Shown one piece after another: positions 38,877-46,623 of a stretch of DNA of 64,000 nt. The notes under the pieces are model-generated. The model made no database searches. It had not been told where the DNA came from and was given only the letters and a program-made list of their open reading frames with translations. The position numbers and the translations under genes were made by a program. Source of the DNA: a virus; the IMG/VR virus record IMGVR_UViG_3300025930_000141, positions 1 through 64,000 of that record; one strand, 5' to 3'. How positions within the stretch are numbered: the stretch's first letter is position 1; the number at the start of each line of letters is the position of its first letter.

Positions 38877-39198
38877 TAGCCTTATCCATGACCGCGACTA
38901 CCTCGTCTTCGGTGCGACCTGGGGCATCGTTCCAGTATGGAATGTTTAGCAGTTCGTCGGCACGCTTAAACTCGGGGTACTGCTCCTGAACAATTTCCTG
39001 AATAAACTGTGCGTACGGCATGGCCTCTTCACGAACGTAATCAAACTCTCCGGTTTCCTCACCCAGAGCCAAAGCAATGTGGCCGAGAGTACAATAACCA
39101 TTTGTGTCTTCATCATAATAGGCATCCGTGGTCCAGCGACCCGGAATGTTTGTGCGCATCTTGCGCAGTACACTTACATCAATCTTGTTATCGGACAT
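38851..39198 (-). CDS. hypothetical protein, distant family B relative
   Basis: W....Y....YCTLGHI..WND.PGRT..EV. Confidence 0.75.
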   Translation of the reverse strand: MSDNKIDVSVLRKMRTNIPGRWTTDAYYDEDTNGYCTLGHIALALGEETGEFDYVREEAMPYAQFIQEIVQEQYPEFKRADELLNIPYWNDAPGRTEDEVVAVMDKAIAKAEEIV

Positions 39199-39217
39199 TA
39201 ACTTTCCTTTCGTAGAG

Positions 39218-39289
39218 AGTCCCCAGCGGGACTTGAACCCGCGACCGGCAATTTAGGAAATTGCTGTTCTGCCACTGAACTATGGGGAC
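39218..39289 (-). tRNA. tRNA-Arg(CCT)
   Basis: GCAAT-TTCCTAA-ATTGC. Confidence 0.9.
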
Positions 39290-39290
39290 G

Positions 39291-39366
39291 TGCGCCAGAT
39301 GGGAGTCGAACCCACATGTATCCATTATACTTTCAACTGCTTCGGGGGCAGGGGTAATACTAGCGC
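39291..39366 (-). tRNA. rearranged tRNA-Arg(CCG)-like gene (D loop 3' of the anticodon arm)
   Basis: GCGCTAG-TA-T-TAC-CC-CTGC-CCCCGAA-GCAG-TTGAAA-GTA-TAATGG-ATACAT-T arm-CTGGCGC-A. Confidence 0.7.
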
Positions 39367-39367
39367 A

Positions 39368-39814
39368 TTATGGTGGAGGTATTTCAATACCCCGGTCTAC
39401 GTTATGTCTGTACTCAAGAAGTCGCATGTGATGATATGCCCAAAAGACCAATTGAATAATCGCGGGTATAATTTGGAACCAATACCCGTGTGTTGAGTAT
39501 ACCACGACAGCATAGAACCACACAAGGTAGCCGAGCAGCGGTCCAGCGCTAGAAATGGGCCTGTAGCGCATCAATAAATTCACGATGGACAGAACCACCG
39601 CTGCAATTGCTGCGACGCCCCAGAGGCTCACAGCGGGCACCAGGGCTATGTCTGTGGTCAACTGGTAGAGCACGCTGGCCTGCACCGACGCGGTGCTGGT
39701 GAAAAACACAAAGGCTATACCCATGTTCAGCGTATATGCCAACATAAGGTATAGCCAAAGAGGGAAGCGTTCACCCTCGCTTCGGTAGATTAATCTTGGC
39801 AAATACTTTCTCAT
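39368..39814 (-). CDS. 4-TM membrane protein
   Basis: Four hydrophobic helices; own upstream -10. Confidence 0.75.
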   Translation of the reverse strand: MRKYLPRLIYRSEGERFPLWLYLMLAYTLNMGIAFVFFTSTASVQASVLYQLTTDIALVPAVSLWGVAAIAAVVLSIVNLLMRYRPISSAGPLLGYLVWFYAVVVYSTHGYWFQIIPAIIQLVFWAYHHMRLLEYRHNVDRGIEIPPP

Positions 39815-39886
39815 GTACTGATTTTACCACACTGTCCACAAAAAGCATTGAGTCTGCTACTCTATCCCAAAAGAAGTTAATCATCG

Positions 39887-39958
39887 AGGCACTTACCGGA
39901 TTCGAACCGGTATAAAGTAGGGTTGCAATCTACTGGATAGCCATTCTCCCAAAGCGCC
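39887..39958 (-). tRNA. tRNA-Cys(GCA)
   Basis: Loop TTGCAAC; U73. Confidence 0.88.
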
Positions 39959-40236
39959 ATAGACCGGGCGGGCTGACTCACGAATGCAAGAAGTAGGGTT
40001 GTTGCTAGCACAGAGCCCACGGTACTTTCGGATAACCAGCCGGTACGCCGCACTATCACGTAGCGCCCGGTAAAGCCTATTTAATTTTAACGCCCAGTCT
40101 TTCGACGTTCTTATCGTTCTCTACACCGTCCTTACCGCGCTGACAGCGCGGCGAACAGTAAACTCTGTCTTCGACAATCCAAAGGTGAGTTGCAATCCTG
40201 CACTTGCATTTAGTACATTTCACATTGGGTTCATTT

Positions 40237-40470
40237 TTACGTGCCCTGTGGGCCACGCTTGCGAGCGCGTTGCCGCGCCTCGTATGGAGTCGGCTCCCCA
40301 CGGTCTCGGTATTGCTCGTTTACGAGCCACGCCTTATGGTTTGCCTCGATGTTTGCCTTTTTCCTGCGCTGTGCTGCTTCCCAGCACGCCTTACGCTTTG
40401 CTCTGCGGTTTACGTTCATCGCACGCTTCGGCAAGTTCTTGCGCAGTTTGGCGTCGTTTTGTCCAGCCAT
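40237..40470 (-). CDS. small basic protein
   Basis: SD GGGGGTG; Arg/Lys-rich. Confidence 0.6.
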   Translation of the reverse strand: MAGQNDAKLRKNLPKRAMNVNRRAKRKACWEAAQRRKKANIEANHKAWLVNEQYRDRGEPTPYEARQRARKRGPQGT

Positions 40471-40645
40471 GACTTTTAGTCACCCCCTTAAGGTTTACCT
40501 AATCGTCATGGCTTGCTCCTATGTTGTTCAAACTTGTCTCCTGTTATGGATATACCGGCCCCTACGGGTCCAACGCCACCCACCCTCGGTAGGACGAGGT
40601 TAAGCGTGAAGCGTTCGGTAGTGATAGCACTCCCGACCGGTATTG

Positions 40646-40719
40646 TGGAGGTAAAGGGATTTGAACCCTTGACTTCTAGTATGCCATACTAGCGTTCTAC
40701 CTGGCTGAACTATACCCCC
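40646..40719 (-). tRNA. tRNA-Ala(GGC)
   Basis: G3:U70; loop ATGGCAT. Confidence 0.92.
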
Positions 40720-40813
40720 AGGGCACCCTTTGTTAAAGCAGGTCTGGCGACTGCACCCCGCGCGCAGGGTCACGGCTTCTCGGCCCTTGTACTTTGGGTC
40801 TCATCCATCATTG

Positions 40814-40886
40814 TGGAGGATACCGGAATCGAACCGGTGACTTCTACCTTGCAAAAGTAGCACTCTACCTGCTGAGTTAATCCCCC
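40814..40886 (-). tRNA. tRNA-Ala(TGC)
   Basis: G3:U70; loop TTTGCAA. Confidence 0.92.
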
Positions 40887-40904
40887 AGGATTATTTAGTT
40901 AGCG

Positions 40905-40975
40905 TGGCGTACGAGAGATTTGAACTCTCAGAGTAGGGATTTACAGTCCCGCTCCCTCAACCAACGGTGTACGCC
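40905..40975 (-). tRNA. tRNA-Tyr(GTA), no long variable arm, weak D arm
   Basis: Loop CTGTAAA; intact acceptor and T arms. Confidence 0.75.
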
Positions 40976-40985
40976 GTGTGGTCCC

Positions 40986-41014
40986 ATTGTACAGGTTGGG
41001 ACCGTACCTGTCAA
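40986..41014 (-). promoter_or_regulatory. SigA-type promoter TTGACA-N17-TACAAT
   Basis: Directly upstream of tRNA-Tyr. Confidence 0.8.
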
Positions 41015-41289
41015 GCCTGTGTTATTGTGATTTGTAGGAAGTCGTTGGCGCTTCCCTCGACCGGCTTGTGGTCCTCGTTAAAGTGACCATTGATGTTTAC
41101 TACCCAATCATGGTCGGGCCAGTTACGACCAAAGACCATGGTTCTATCAAATAGGTCGTAAACCACTTCACTTGCTGCGTCGATTGCTCGTACCGCTGCC
41201 TCGTTGTCCTCGACATTTACCATGTCTTGGACCTCACCCGTGTGGCTGTCGCCAGTATTCTTTAATACTACCTTTGCTGAAAAACTCAT
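41011..41289 (-). CDS. hypothetical protein
   Basis: TAATG coupling to the lytic enzyme gene. Confidence 0.65.
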   Translation of the reverse strand: MSFSAKVVLKNTGDSHTGEVQDMVNVEDNEAAVRAIDAASEVVYDLFDRTMVFGRNWPDHDWVVNINGHFNEDHKPVEGSANDFLQITITQA

Positions 41290-42050
41290 TAGCCCGCCAA
41301 TACAGCGTCAATATAAGACCATACGTTGCGCGGTGTAGTCGTGCCCGCTGGTGTATAAAACTGTGGACGACCCTGGCTAATCCAACGGTCTGCTCCACCT
41401 AGGCCTAGATTATAAGACGCTACCGCGTCGCCTAGAACGCCATAACGCTGGAACGCTTGGTCATTACCCTTGCTGTTCTTGAAGTGTGTTAATGCGTTGT
41501 TCATGTAATTGGTTACAAAGTCGAATGCAATCTTTGGTCGGAACCGCTCGATTGCATCTAAGTCCGGGTGCGAAGGACCATTGATTTGTGCTAGTCCTAG
41601 GTCTTCCGGGTCCACGAAGCCTACCGCGCCAGCGTCCCATGAGGACTCGTGACGGATAATACCAGAAACAACAACCGGGGTAAGCGGTGGCTTACCGCTG
41701 GCCTCGACCTCTGAGATAAGGTCGGGGTACAGCAATAGGAAAGAACTGTCTTCCCCAATGCCGCCCCAAGGCGTTACGAAGTCCTTATGCTTGTTCTGGA
41801 ATGTTGTAACTGCATCGCTCGTGGCCTGGTCGAACTTACCAGTAACCTTAACCGTTCCCTTGCCAAGTCTACGGTTGAGTGCTCGTTGATATGCCTTAAC
41901 TGCATGATGAACAGCAAAGTTATCTTGATTTGTAGTTGGGTCTAGTTCACCAGACCCGAGATAGTAATACGGTCCAGGCTTGGTTGACTTATAAGCCTTG
42001 GTACCGCCTGCGCCGGAATTATTCCAAGCGCCTCTTCCATGAGTTGCCAT
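41289..42050 (-). CDS. peptidoglycan-binding + lytic transglycosylase protein (endolysin-like)
   Basis: VKAYQRAL..G.F...T..AV..FQ binding domain; HESSW, GLAQIN and ASYN.G SLT motifs. Confidence 0.85.
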   Translation of the reverse strand: MATHGRGAWNNSGAGGTKAYKSTKPGPYYYLGSGELDPTTNQDNFAVHHAVKAYQRALNRRLGKGTVKVTGKFDQATSDAVTTFQNKHKDFVTPWGGIGEDSSFLLLYPDLISEVEASGKPPLTPVVVSGIIRHESSWDAGAVGFVDPEDLGLAQINGPSHPDLDAIERFRPKIAFDFVTNYMNNALTHFKNSKGNDQAFQRYGVLGDAVASYNLGLGGADRWISQGRPQFYTPAGTTTPRNVWSYIDAVLAG

Positions 42051-42072
42051 AATATTATGTTCCCTTCGGGAG

Positions 42073-42142
42073 TGCTGATGCCGGGAATTGAACCCAGACC
42101 AAGTGGTTATGAGTCACTTCGGCTCGCCGTCGCCTCACCAGC
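42073..42142 (-). tRNA. tRNA(CAT), elongator Met or Ile2, compact 70 nt
   Basis: Loop CTCATAA; G1-C72. Confidence 0.75.
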
Positions 42143-42234
42143 AATGCTACAGTTCTTACTAACGCACCGCTCCGCTCCGCTGTAGCACCGTGCGGAATCC
42201 CATGCGAATGGGCTTAAGGTACCCTATCCCATTG

Positions 42235-42307
42235 TGCGGTAGACGGGACTCGGACCCGCAACTTCCACGTTGGCAACGTGACACTCTACCAATTGAGTTA
42301 CTACCAC
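42235..42307 (-). tRNA. tRNA-Gly(GCC)
   Basis: Loop TTGCCAA; T loop TCCGAGT; A73. Confidence 0.85.
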
Positions 42308-42380
42308 TGGTGGGGCTTGGTTCTTTTATTTATGCAGGTTAAGAAACACCCCGGCAATAAGCCCTGCGTTATCCGTACTT

Positions 42381-42435
42381 CGTCTTAAGCCGTTTCTGGA
42401 CCTTCACGAGTAAAGTTTCGAACCTTTACTGCTTG
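42381..42435 (-). repeat. T-loop hairpin element 3' of tRNA-Glu(TTC), copy 1
   Basis: CAAGC-AGTAAAG-GTTCGAAA-CTTTACT-CGTGAAG..CGGCTTAAGACG. Confidence 0.8.
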
Positions 42436-42511
42436 TGACGTGGACGGGAATCGAACCCGCAATGGCAAGAGATTGAAAGTCTCCGCTGCAACCGCCAGTG
42501 GACACCACGCC
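42436..42511 (-). tRNA. tRNA-Glu(TTC)
   Basis: Loop CTTTCAA; atypical D arm. Confidence 0.8.
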
Positions 42512-42582
42512 TGGTCCGAGGGTCAACACTTTGGATTAGACTGGAAAGTCCCTCGGGCGCTAAAACCAGTGTTACGGGGCCA

Positions 42583-42638
42583 CGTCTTAAGCCGCTACTA
42601 CCGTCTTCACGAACAAAGTTTCGAACCTTTGCTGCTTG
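42583..42638 (-). repeat. T-loop hairpin element 3' of tRNA-Glu(CTC), copy 2
   Basis: CAAGC-AGCAAAG-GTTCGAAA-CTTTGTT-CGTGAAG..CGGCTTAAGACG. Confidence 0.8.
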
Positions 42639-42712
42639 TAGCCCCTACGGGATTCGAACCCGTCATCACACAGATTGAGAGTCTGGTATCCTTGCCACAA
42701 GACCCAGAGGCC
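42639..42712 (-). tRNA. tRNA-Glu(CTC)
   Basis: Loop CTCTCAA. Confidence 0.85.
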
Positions 42713-42723
42713 GTATGTCACCA

Positions 42724-42752
42724 ATTATACAGGCTGGTGACCCACCTGTCAA
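42724..42752 (-). promoter_or_regulatory. SigA-type promoter TTGACA-N17-TATAAT
   Basis: Perfect consensus upstream of tRNA-Glu. Confidence 0.88.
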
Positions 42753-42757
42753 GCCTG

Positions 42758-43162
42758 TCAGGGGACGCTGTTGCCGTAGCACTTATCAGGGTCACACCAC
42801 AACTTATCAAATACCCGCCACGGTGCCCCAGCACTAAACTGACGATACGTCAGGATAACGTTTACGTGAGGCGGCGCGCCGTTGTATTGGACATTCTTGA
42901 ATGCGTGTCCGTTGTTATTCCAAGAAGCAATCTTTTCACCAGAGCAGTCACAAATGTTTTCTGCTTGAGTTTGGGTTGCTCCACTGGTGGAGTCGTCTCC
43001 CGGACACAACTGGCCTGCCTGAGCATCAATCTCAACAGTACACAAACCCGTGTACTCGCTCTTGGTCCAGGTACCCACAAAAGCGTGGGCCGGGGAGACG
43101 GTTGAAAGCATTAGCGTCAGACCAGACAACAGCGTGGCGGTCAATAATAGCATTTTCTTCAT
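42758..43162 (-). CDS. secreted Cys-rich protein, paralog of 36816-37142
   Basis: Signal ending PAHA; T.SEY..GATQ.....ICDCSG..W....KLWC.PD.C. Confidence 0.75.
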   Translation of the reverse strand: MKKMLLLTATLLSGLTLMLSTVSPAHAFVGTWTKSEYTGLCTVEIDAQAGQLCPGDDSTSGATQTQAENICDCSGEKIASWNNNGHAFKNVQYNGAPPHVNVILTYRQFSAGAPWRVFDKLWCDPDKCYGNSVP

Positions 43163-43172
43163 ATTATTCCTT

Positions 43173-43712
43173 TCAGGTCAACCTGGCACGAACTACGGTG
43201 CGATAGTCTGTGTGAACAAACCTCGACGCACATGTAATAAGTGTTAATGTTTCGTGCCTGTTGTTTAATACAGATACATTGGTGTAGTATACGTTGAACT
43301 TGTTTGTAACTTTAAACGTGTATTGGGTTCCACATTTTTCAATGACTACCCGGTCGCCGGGTGTCAATTCTGGGAGCCGCGCAAAGGGCTCTCCGTGCGT
43401 TACAACGTGTGCAGTGAGCGCATAGTTCCCCCTGCCCACCGGGCCGGTATGTGGGAAGTGCCCCACGACCCCTGAGTTTAGCACCTTTTCACTGACGCCA
43501 TTCTCAATCGGCATTACGTAATGCCCCCAGGATGGAACCCGAATTAGTGCGCCGGGGCACTTGTGCAGGGCTACGCCCTGTCTAATCTTTGAAACCTCAG
43601 CCTTTTGATGTTGTTCAATGGCTACCGGGTCAGACCCGGTATGGGGCATTCCGAAGAATACAACCATACCGAGCCCGACCACAATCAGTGTCAGTGCGAA
43701 TAACTTACGCAC
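43173..43712 (-). CDS. sortase
   Basis: N-terminal TM; GNYALTAH (His), TLTLITC (Cys), R..V.A (Arg); GTG at 43712 overlaps the substrate's 3' end. Confidence 0.92.
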   Translation of the reverse strand: MRKLFALTLIVVGLGMVVFFGMPHTGSDPVAIEQHQKAEVSKIRQGVALHKCPGALIRVPSWGHYVMPIENGVSEKVLNSGVVGHFPHTGPVGRGNYALTAHVVTHGEPFARLPELTPGDRVVIEKCGTQYTFKVTNKFNVYYTNVSVLNNRHETLTLITCASRFVHTDYRTVVRARLT

Positions 43713-44655
43713 GCTTACGAGACAATAGCAGGAGACCGGAGCCAGCAATTAGCAGACCCAGACCAACAAACAAAGACGTGTTGGCGGTATCTGACAAACC
43801 AGCATTCGGTAGGGACCGTGCTACAGGTGGTGCAAGTGCAGCGGGCGGCTTATGCCCACTTGGGTTATGCGGGGTATTTACCGGAGGCTTGGGCGACGGG
43901 TTATCTACCGGTGGCGTAGGCGTCGGTGTAGGAGTCGGTGTGTCGGTCGTGCAGGTCACACCGTCCGTCCAAGCATAGAAGGTAACCTCGTCAGAGGCTT
44001 CCTGGTCAGTTACAGTTTCATCAAATGCTTCCTGGTCAACGATAACTTCGTCATATGCCTCCTGGTCTACAACCGTTTCATCATATGCATCTTGGCCCGG
44101 AGTAATCAATTCTCCGTGCTCGCGGTGGAACCAAGAAGAGTTACCGCTATTTCCATTACTGGAATTAAACGTGCCGTAAGTATCTTGGTCAGGACCGCCG
44201 TTTTCGTGAGGCCCCTGCCATGTGCCACGCTCATCATTGGGGAATTCAGGGGTGTAATCTTGTGGTCCATGAGTATAATTCGGGGACCAATTCCACCACA
44301 GGTCGGGGCCATAAACAGCCGGTACCGCGTCGTGATGGATAACATGTGTTACCGCGTCGTGATGTACTGTATGCGTCACAGCGTCGTGATGTACAACGTG
44401 GGTGACTGCTGGGTGATGAACTGTCAAAACCCACGAGCGTGTAGTATCACACTCGTTGTCGGTGACAAAGGTAGAAACCTCGTCCTCGATTGCACCTTGC
44501 GGAACGTCGTTAGGGCTTGCAACCACAATTGGGTTACTAGCAGACTCACCGGGGACACCGGTTGCGTTGGCGGTGCTGAGCATTGCGCCCGCACCCAAAA
44601 CAATACCGGCTACCATAAGTACGGTCGCCAGTATTGTCGATAAAATCTTTGTCAT
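43705..44655 (-). CDS. LPxTG-type cell-wall-anchored surface protein
   Basis: Signal peptide, His and acidic repeats, PT linker, LPNAG + TM + RKRA tail. Confidence 0.88.
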   Translation of the reverse strand: MTKILSTILATVLMVAGIVLGAGAMLSTANATGVPGESASNPIVVASPNDVPQGAIEDEVSTFVTDNECDTTRSWVLTVHHPAVTHVVHHDAVTHTVHHDAVTHVIHHDAVPAVYGPDLWWNWSPNYTHGPQDYTPEFPNDERGTWQGPHENGGPDQDTYGTFNSSNGNSGNSSWFHREHGELITPGQDAYDETVVDQEAYDEVIVDQEAFDETVTDQEASDEVTFYAWTDGVTCTTDTPTPTPTPTPPVDNPSPKPPVNTPHNPSGHKPPAALAPPVARSLPNAGLSDTANTSLFVGLGLLIAGSGLLLLSRKRA

Positions 44656-44687
44656 TTATTTACTTTCTGTTGTGTGCCGTTAAAGCG

Positions 44688-44760
44688 TGACCCCTCTCGG
44701 ACTTGAACCGAGGACTCTTGGTTTAAAAGACCAGCACTCTACCAACTGAGTTAAGGGGTC
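44688..44760 (-). tRNA. tRNA-Lys(TTT)
   Basis: Loop CTTTTAA. Confidence 0.92.
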
Positions 44761-44909
44761 CTAGCGAGCCGGTCGGCTCGCGTCTTTTCTAAATGATGCT
44801 CGTGACATAGCAACTGCCGCCCAGATTGGCAATCCAATCATTCCGGCGACGAGTGTAACGCTCTTTCATGTAGTTATTCATTTCTACATTATAATTTGCG
44901 TATCCCATG

Positions 44910-44982
44910 TACCCCTACCGAGGCTTGAACTCGGAACTTTCAGTTTAAGAGACTGCTACTCTACCAATTGAGTTATAGGGGC
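44910..44982 (-). tRNA. tRNA-Lys(CTT)
   Basis: Loop CTCTTAA. Confidence 0.92.
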
Positions 44983-45086
44983 AAAGATTAAAGGCTTTGC
45001 AAGGTGACTTTCTGGTTTAACCGCCAGAGCACCTTGGCGGGGAACAGCCGCCTGGTCCTTGTTCAAGGGAACATATTTTGCCTAAG

Positions 45087-45169
45087 TGACCATGGTGGGG
45101 TTCGAACCCACAGTACCCATTCGGGACAGGTTAAGGGCCTGTTAGACTAGCCAATTGTCAAACACGGTC
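45087..45169 (-). tRNA. atypical tRNA(CTT) with C33 and a long variable arm
   Basis: ACAGG-CCCTTAA-CCTGT, then CCC-GAAT-GGG variable hairpin. Confidence 0.75.
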
Positions 45170-45170
45170 A

Positions 45171-45246
45171 TGGGGTGACTAACGGGAATCGAACCCGCAT
45201 ATACTTGCACCACAAGCAAGCGCATTACCAGTCTGCCATAGCCACC
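45171..45246 (-). tRNA. tRNA-His(GTG)
   Basis: G-1:C73; encoded CCA; loop TTGTGGT. Confidence 0.92.
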
Positions 45247-45271
45247 ATGGCCCGCCGAAGCGGGCATTTAA

Positions 45272-45343
45272 TTAGAACCTACTTGCAATAGCAAGAATGA
45301 TTACCACAATAAGGATAATCAATAGGATACCCCAAATACTCAC
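45272..45343 (-). CDS. 23-aa hydrophobic micropeptide (MSIWGILLIILIVVIILAIASRF)
   Basis: SD GAGG, upstream TTGACA promoter, single TM. Confidence 0.55.
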   Translation of the reverse strand: MSIWGILLIILIVVIILAIASRF

Positions 45344-45532
45344 GTACCTCACCACCTACCCTCAAGGGTAACAGGTGAGCGTTCAGTTGTCAAGCCGATG
45401 TTTTGGGCTTTCACAACCACAAGCATATACCCCATAAGTGTCAGACCACATGAGGTCGGGACATTTATCGTGGTCGTCGTCTAGGCAAAATACACAATGG
45501 GGCATTTCACCTTCATATAATTCATACATACG

Positions 45533-45605
45533 CGCCCCCGGCAGGATTCGAACCCGCGACCACTAGAGTAGAAAACTAGCACTCTGTCCACTGAGTTACG
45601 AGGGC
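45533..45605 (-). tRNA. tRNA-Arg(TCT)
   Basis: Loop TTTCTAC; A20. Confidence 0.9.
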
Positions 45606-45967
45606 ATTACCAGCCAGCCCACTCTGCGCCCCCCCATTTGACCCAATCAATGTTTCCAGCCATTATGTCATCAACACAAGGCTTACATGCATCATAGGGA
45701 ACGCGCTCGTTTTGTTTGTCTACCATTTCCAGTACACCGTCCGCTGGACGGGAATTGCAAATGTTACACCACTTAATTGCTCCTGGCATCATTTTCTTAT
45801 TTGTCTGTATTCGACTTCTGTTACTTCTACCGCTCCCTCGGTGCCGGTGGCGAATACGTCTCGCAAGGCGTCCAGAGCGTCGTCGTCGTCAAATGCTTCA
45901 ATCTCGCACCAAACGGAAACCTTAAACTTGTACTTTTCCATGCTTCAATTGTAGCATAGATTGGGTC

Positions 45968-46342
45968 TTAGAGAAGTTCTCGACGCAAATCGTGGAACTT
46001 GTCTGCGTCACCGTTGGCAATGGCGGTAAGCATGTCAATGGCCTGCTCGTTATTTGTGTCGTAAAACAACGACGACCATTCGTACCGGTCCAGACCAAGA
46101 TAATCTCCCGCAGCGTAGTCAACGGCACTGAGAACAATTTGACCTTCCTGCTGCCATTGAACCGTACCGGCTACGCACATGGTCGTGTCACACAGATTTA
46201 CCTGACCAGTGAAGTGTCGCAAATCTTCTACAGATGCGTCTTCCCAACTAACGAAATTGTTCTGGTCGTGACGCTCTGGGTACATACGAAGGTAATCGAG
46301 AGCCTGCTGGGCAACGCGCTTGGTGTTTTCTGTTACGTCCAT
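45968..46342 (-). CDS. hypothetical protein (H.Q..F..CDT.MCVAG)
   Basis: SD AGGAG; motif loosely like family B. Confidence 0.75.
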   Translation of the reverse strand: MDVTENTKRVAQQALDYLRMYPERHDQNNFVSWEDASVEDLRHFTGQVNLCDTTMCVAGTVQWQQEGQIVLSAVDYAAGDYLGLDRYEWSSLFYDTNNEQAIDMLTAIANGDADKFHDLRRELL

Positions 46343-46429
46343 TACTTACTCCTAGATAGGCCGAACCAACGTGGTCCGTGTTTGTAACAATACTTTTCTG
46401 GATATGCGATAAAGATGTTAATGTTCATG

Positions 46430-46502
46430 TACCCTCGACAGGATTCGAACCTGCGACCTCTTCGTCCGTAGCGAAGCGTTCTATCCACTGAACTACGAGG
46501 GC
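46430..46502 (-). tRNA. tRNA-Arg(ACG)
   Basis: CTTCG-CTACGGA-CGAAG. Confidence 0.92.
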
Positions 46503-46506
46503 ATGT

Positions 46507-46612
46507 ATTCGGATATGGTACGAAGTCGATAGGACACCAGTCCCAAATAGGCAGGAATCGAACCTGGCCTCGCTAACTTTGGCAACGATAAACGACTATC
46601 ATCGACCCGAAT
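46507..46612 (-). ncRNA. Y RNA-like gene 6 (T-arm payload)
   Basis: AUUCGGGUCGAUGAUAGUCGUUUAUC ... CAGG-UUCGAUU-CCUG ... CGACUUCGUACCAUAUCCGAAU. Confidence 0.8.
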
Positions 46613-46623
46613 TAAGTATTAAA

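Noticed and set aside
39963-40071. A ninth Ro-binding Y RNA or a hammerhead ribozyme
   Set aside because: It has GGUUAUC and GAAA but lacks both the GRGYCGA/YAUR helix and the CUGANGA core.
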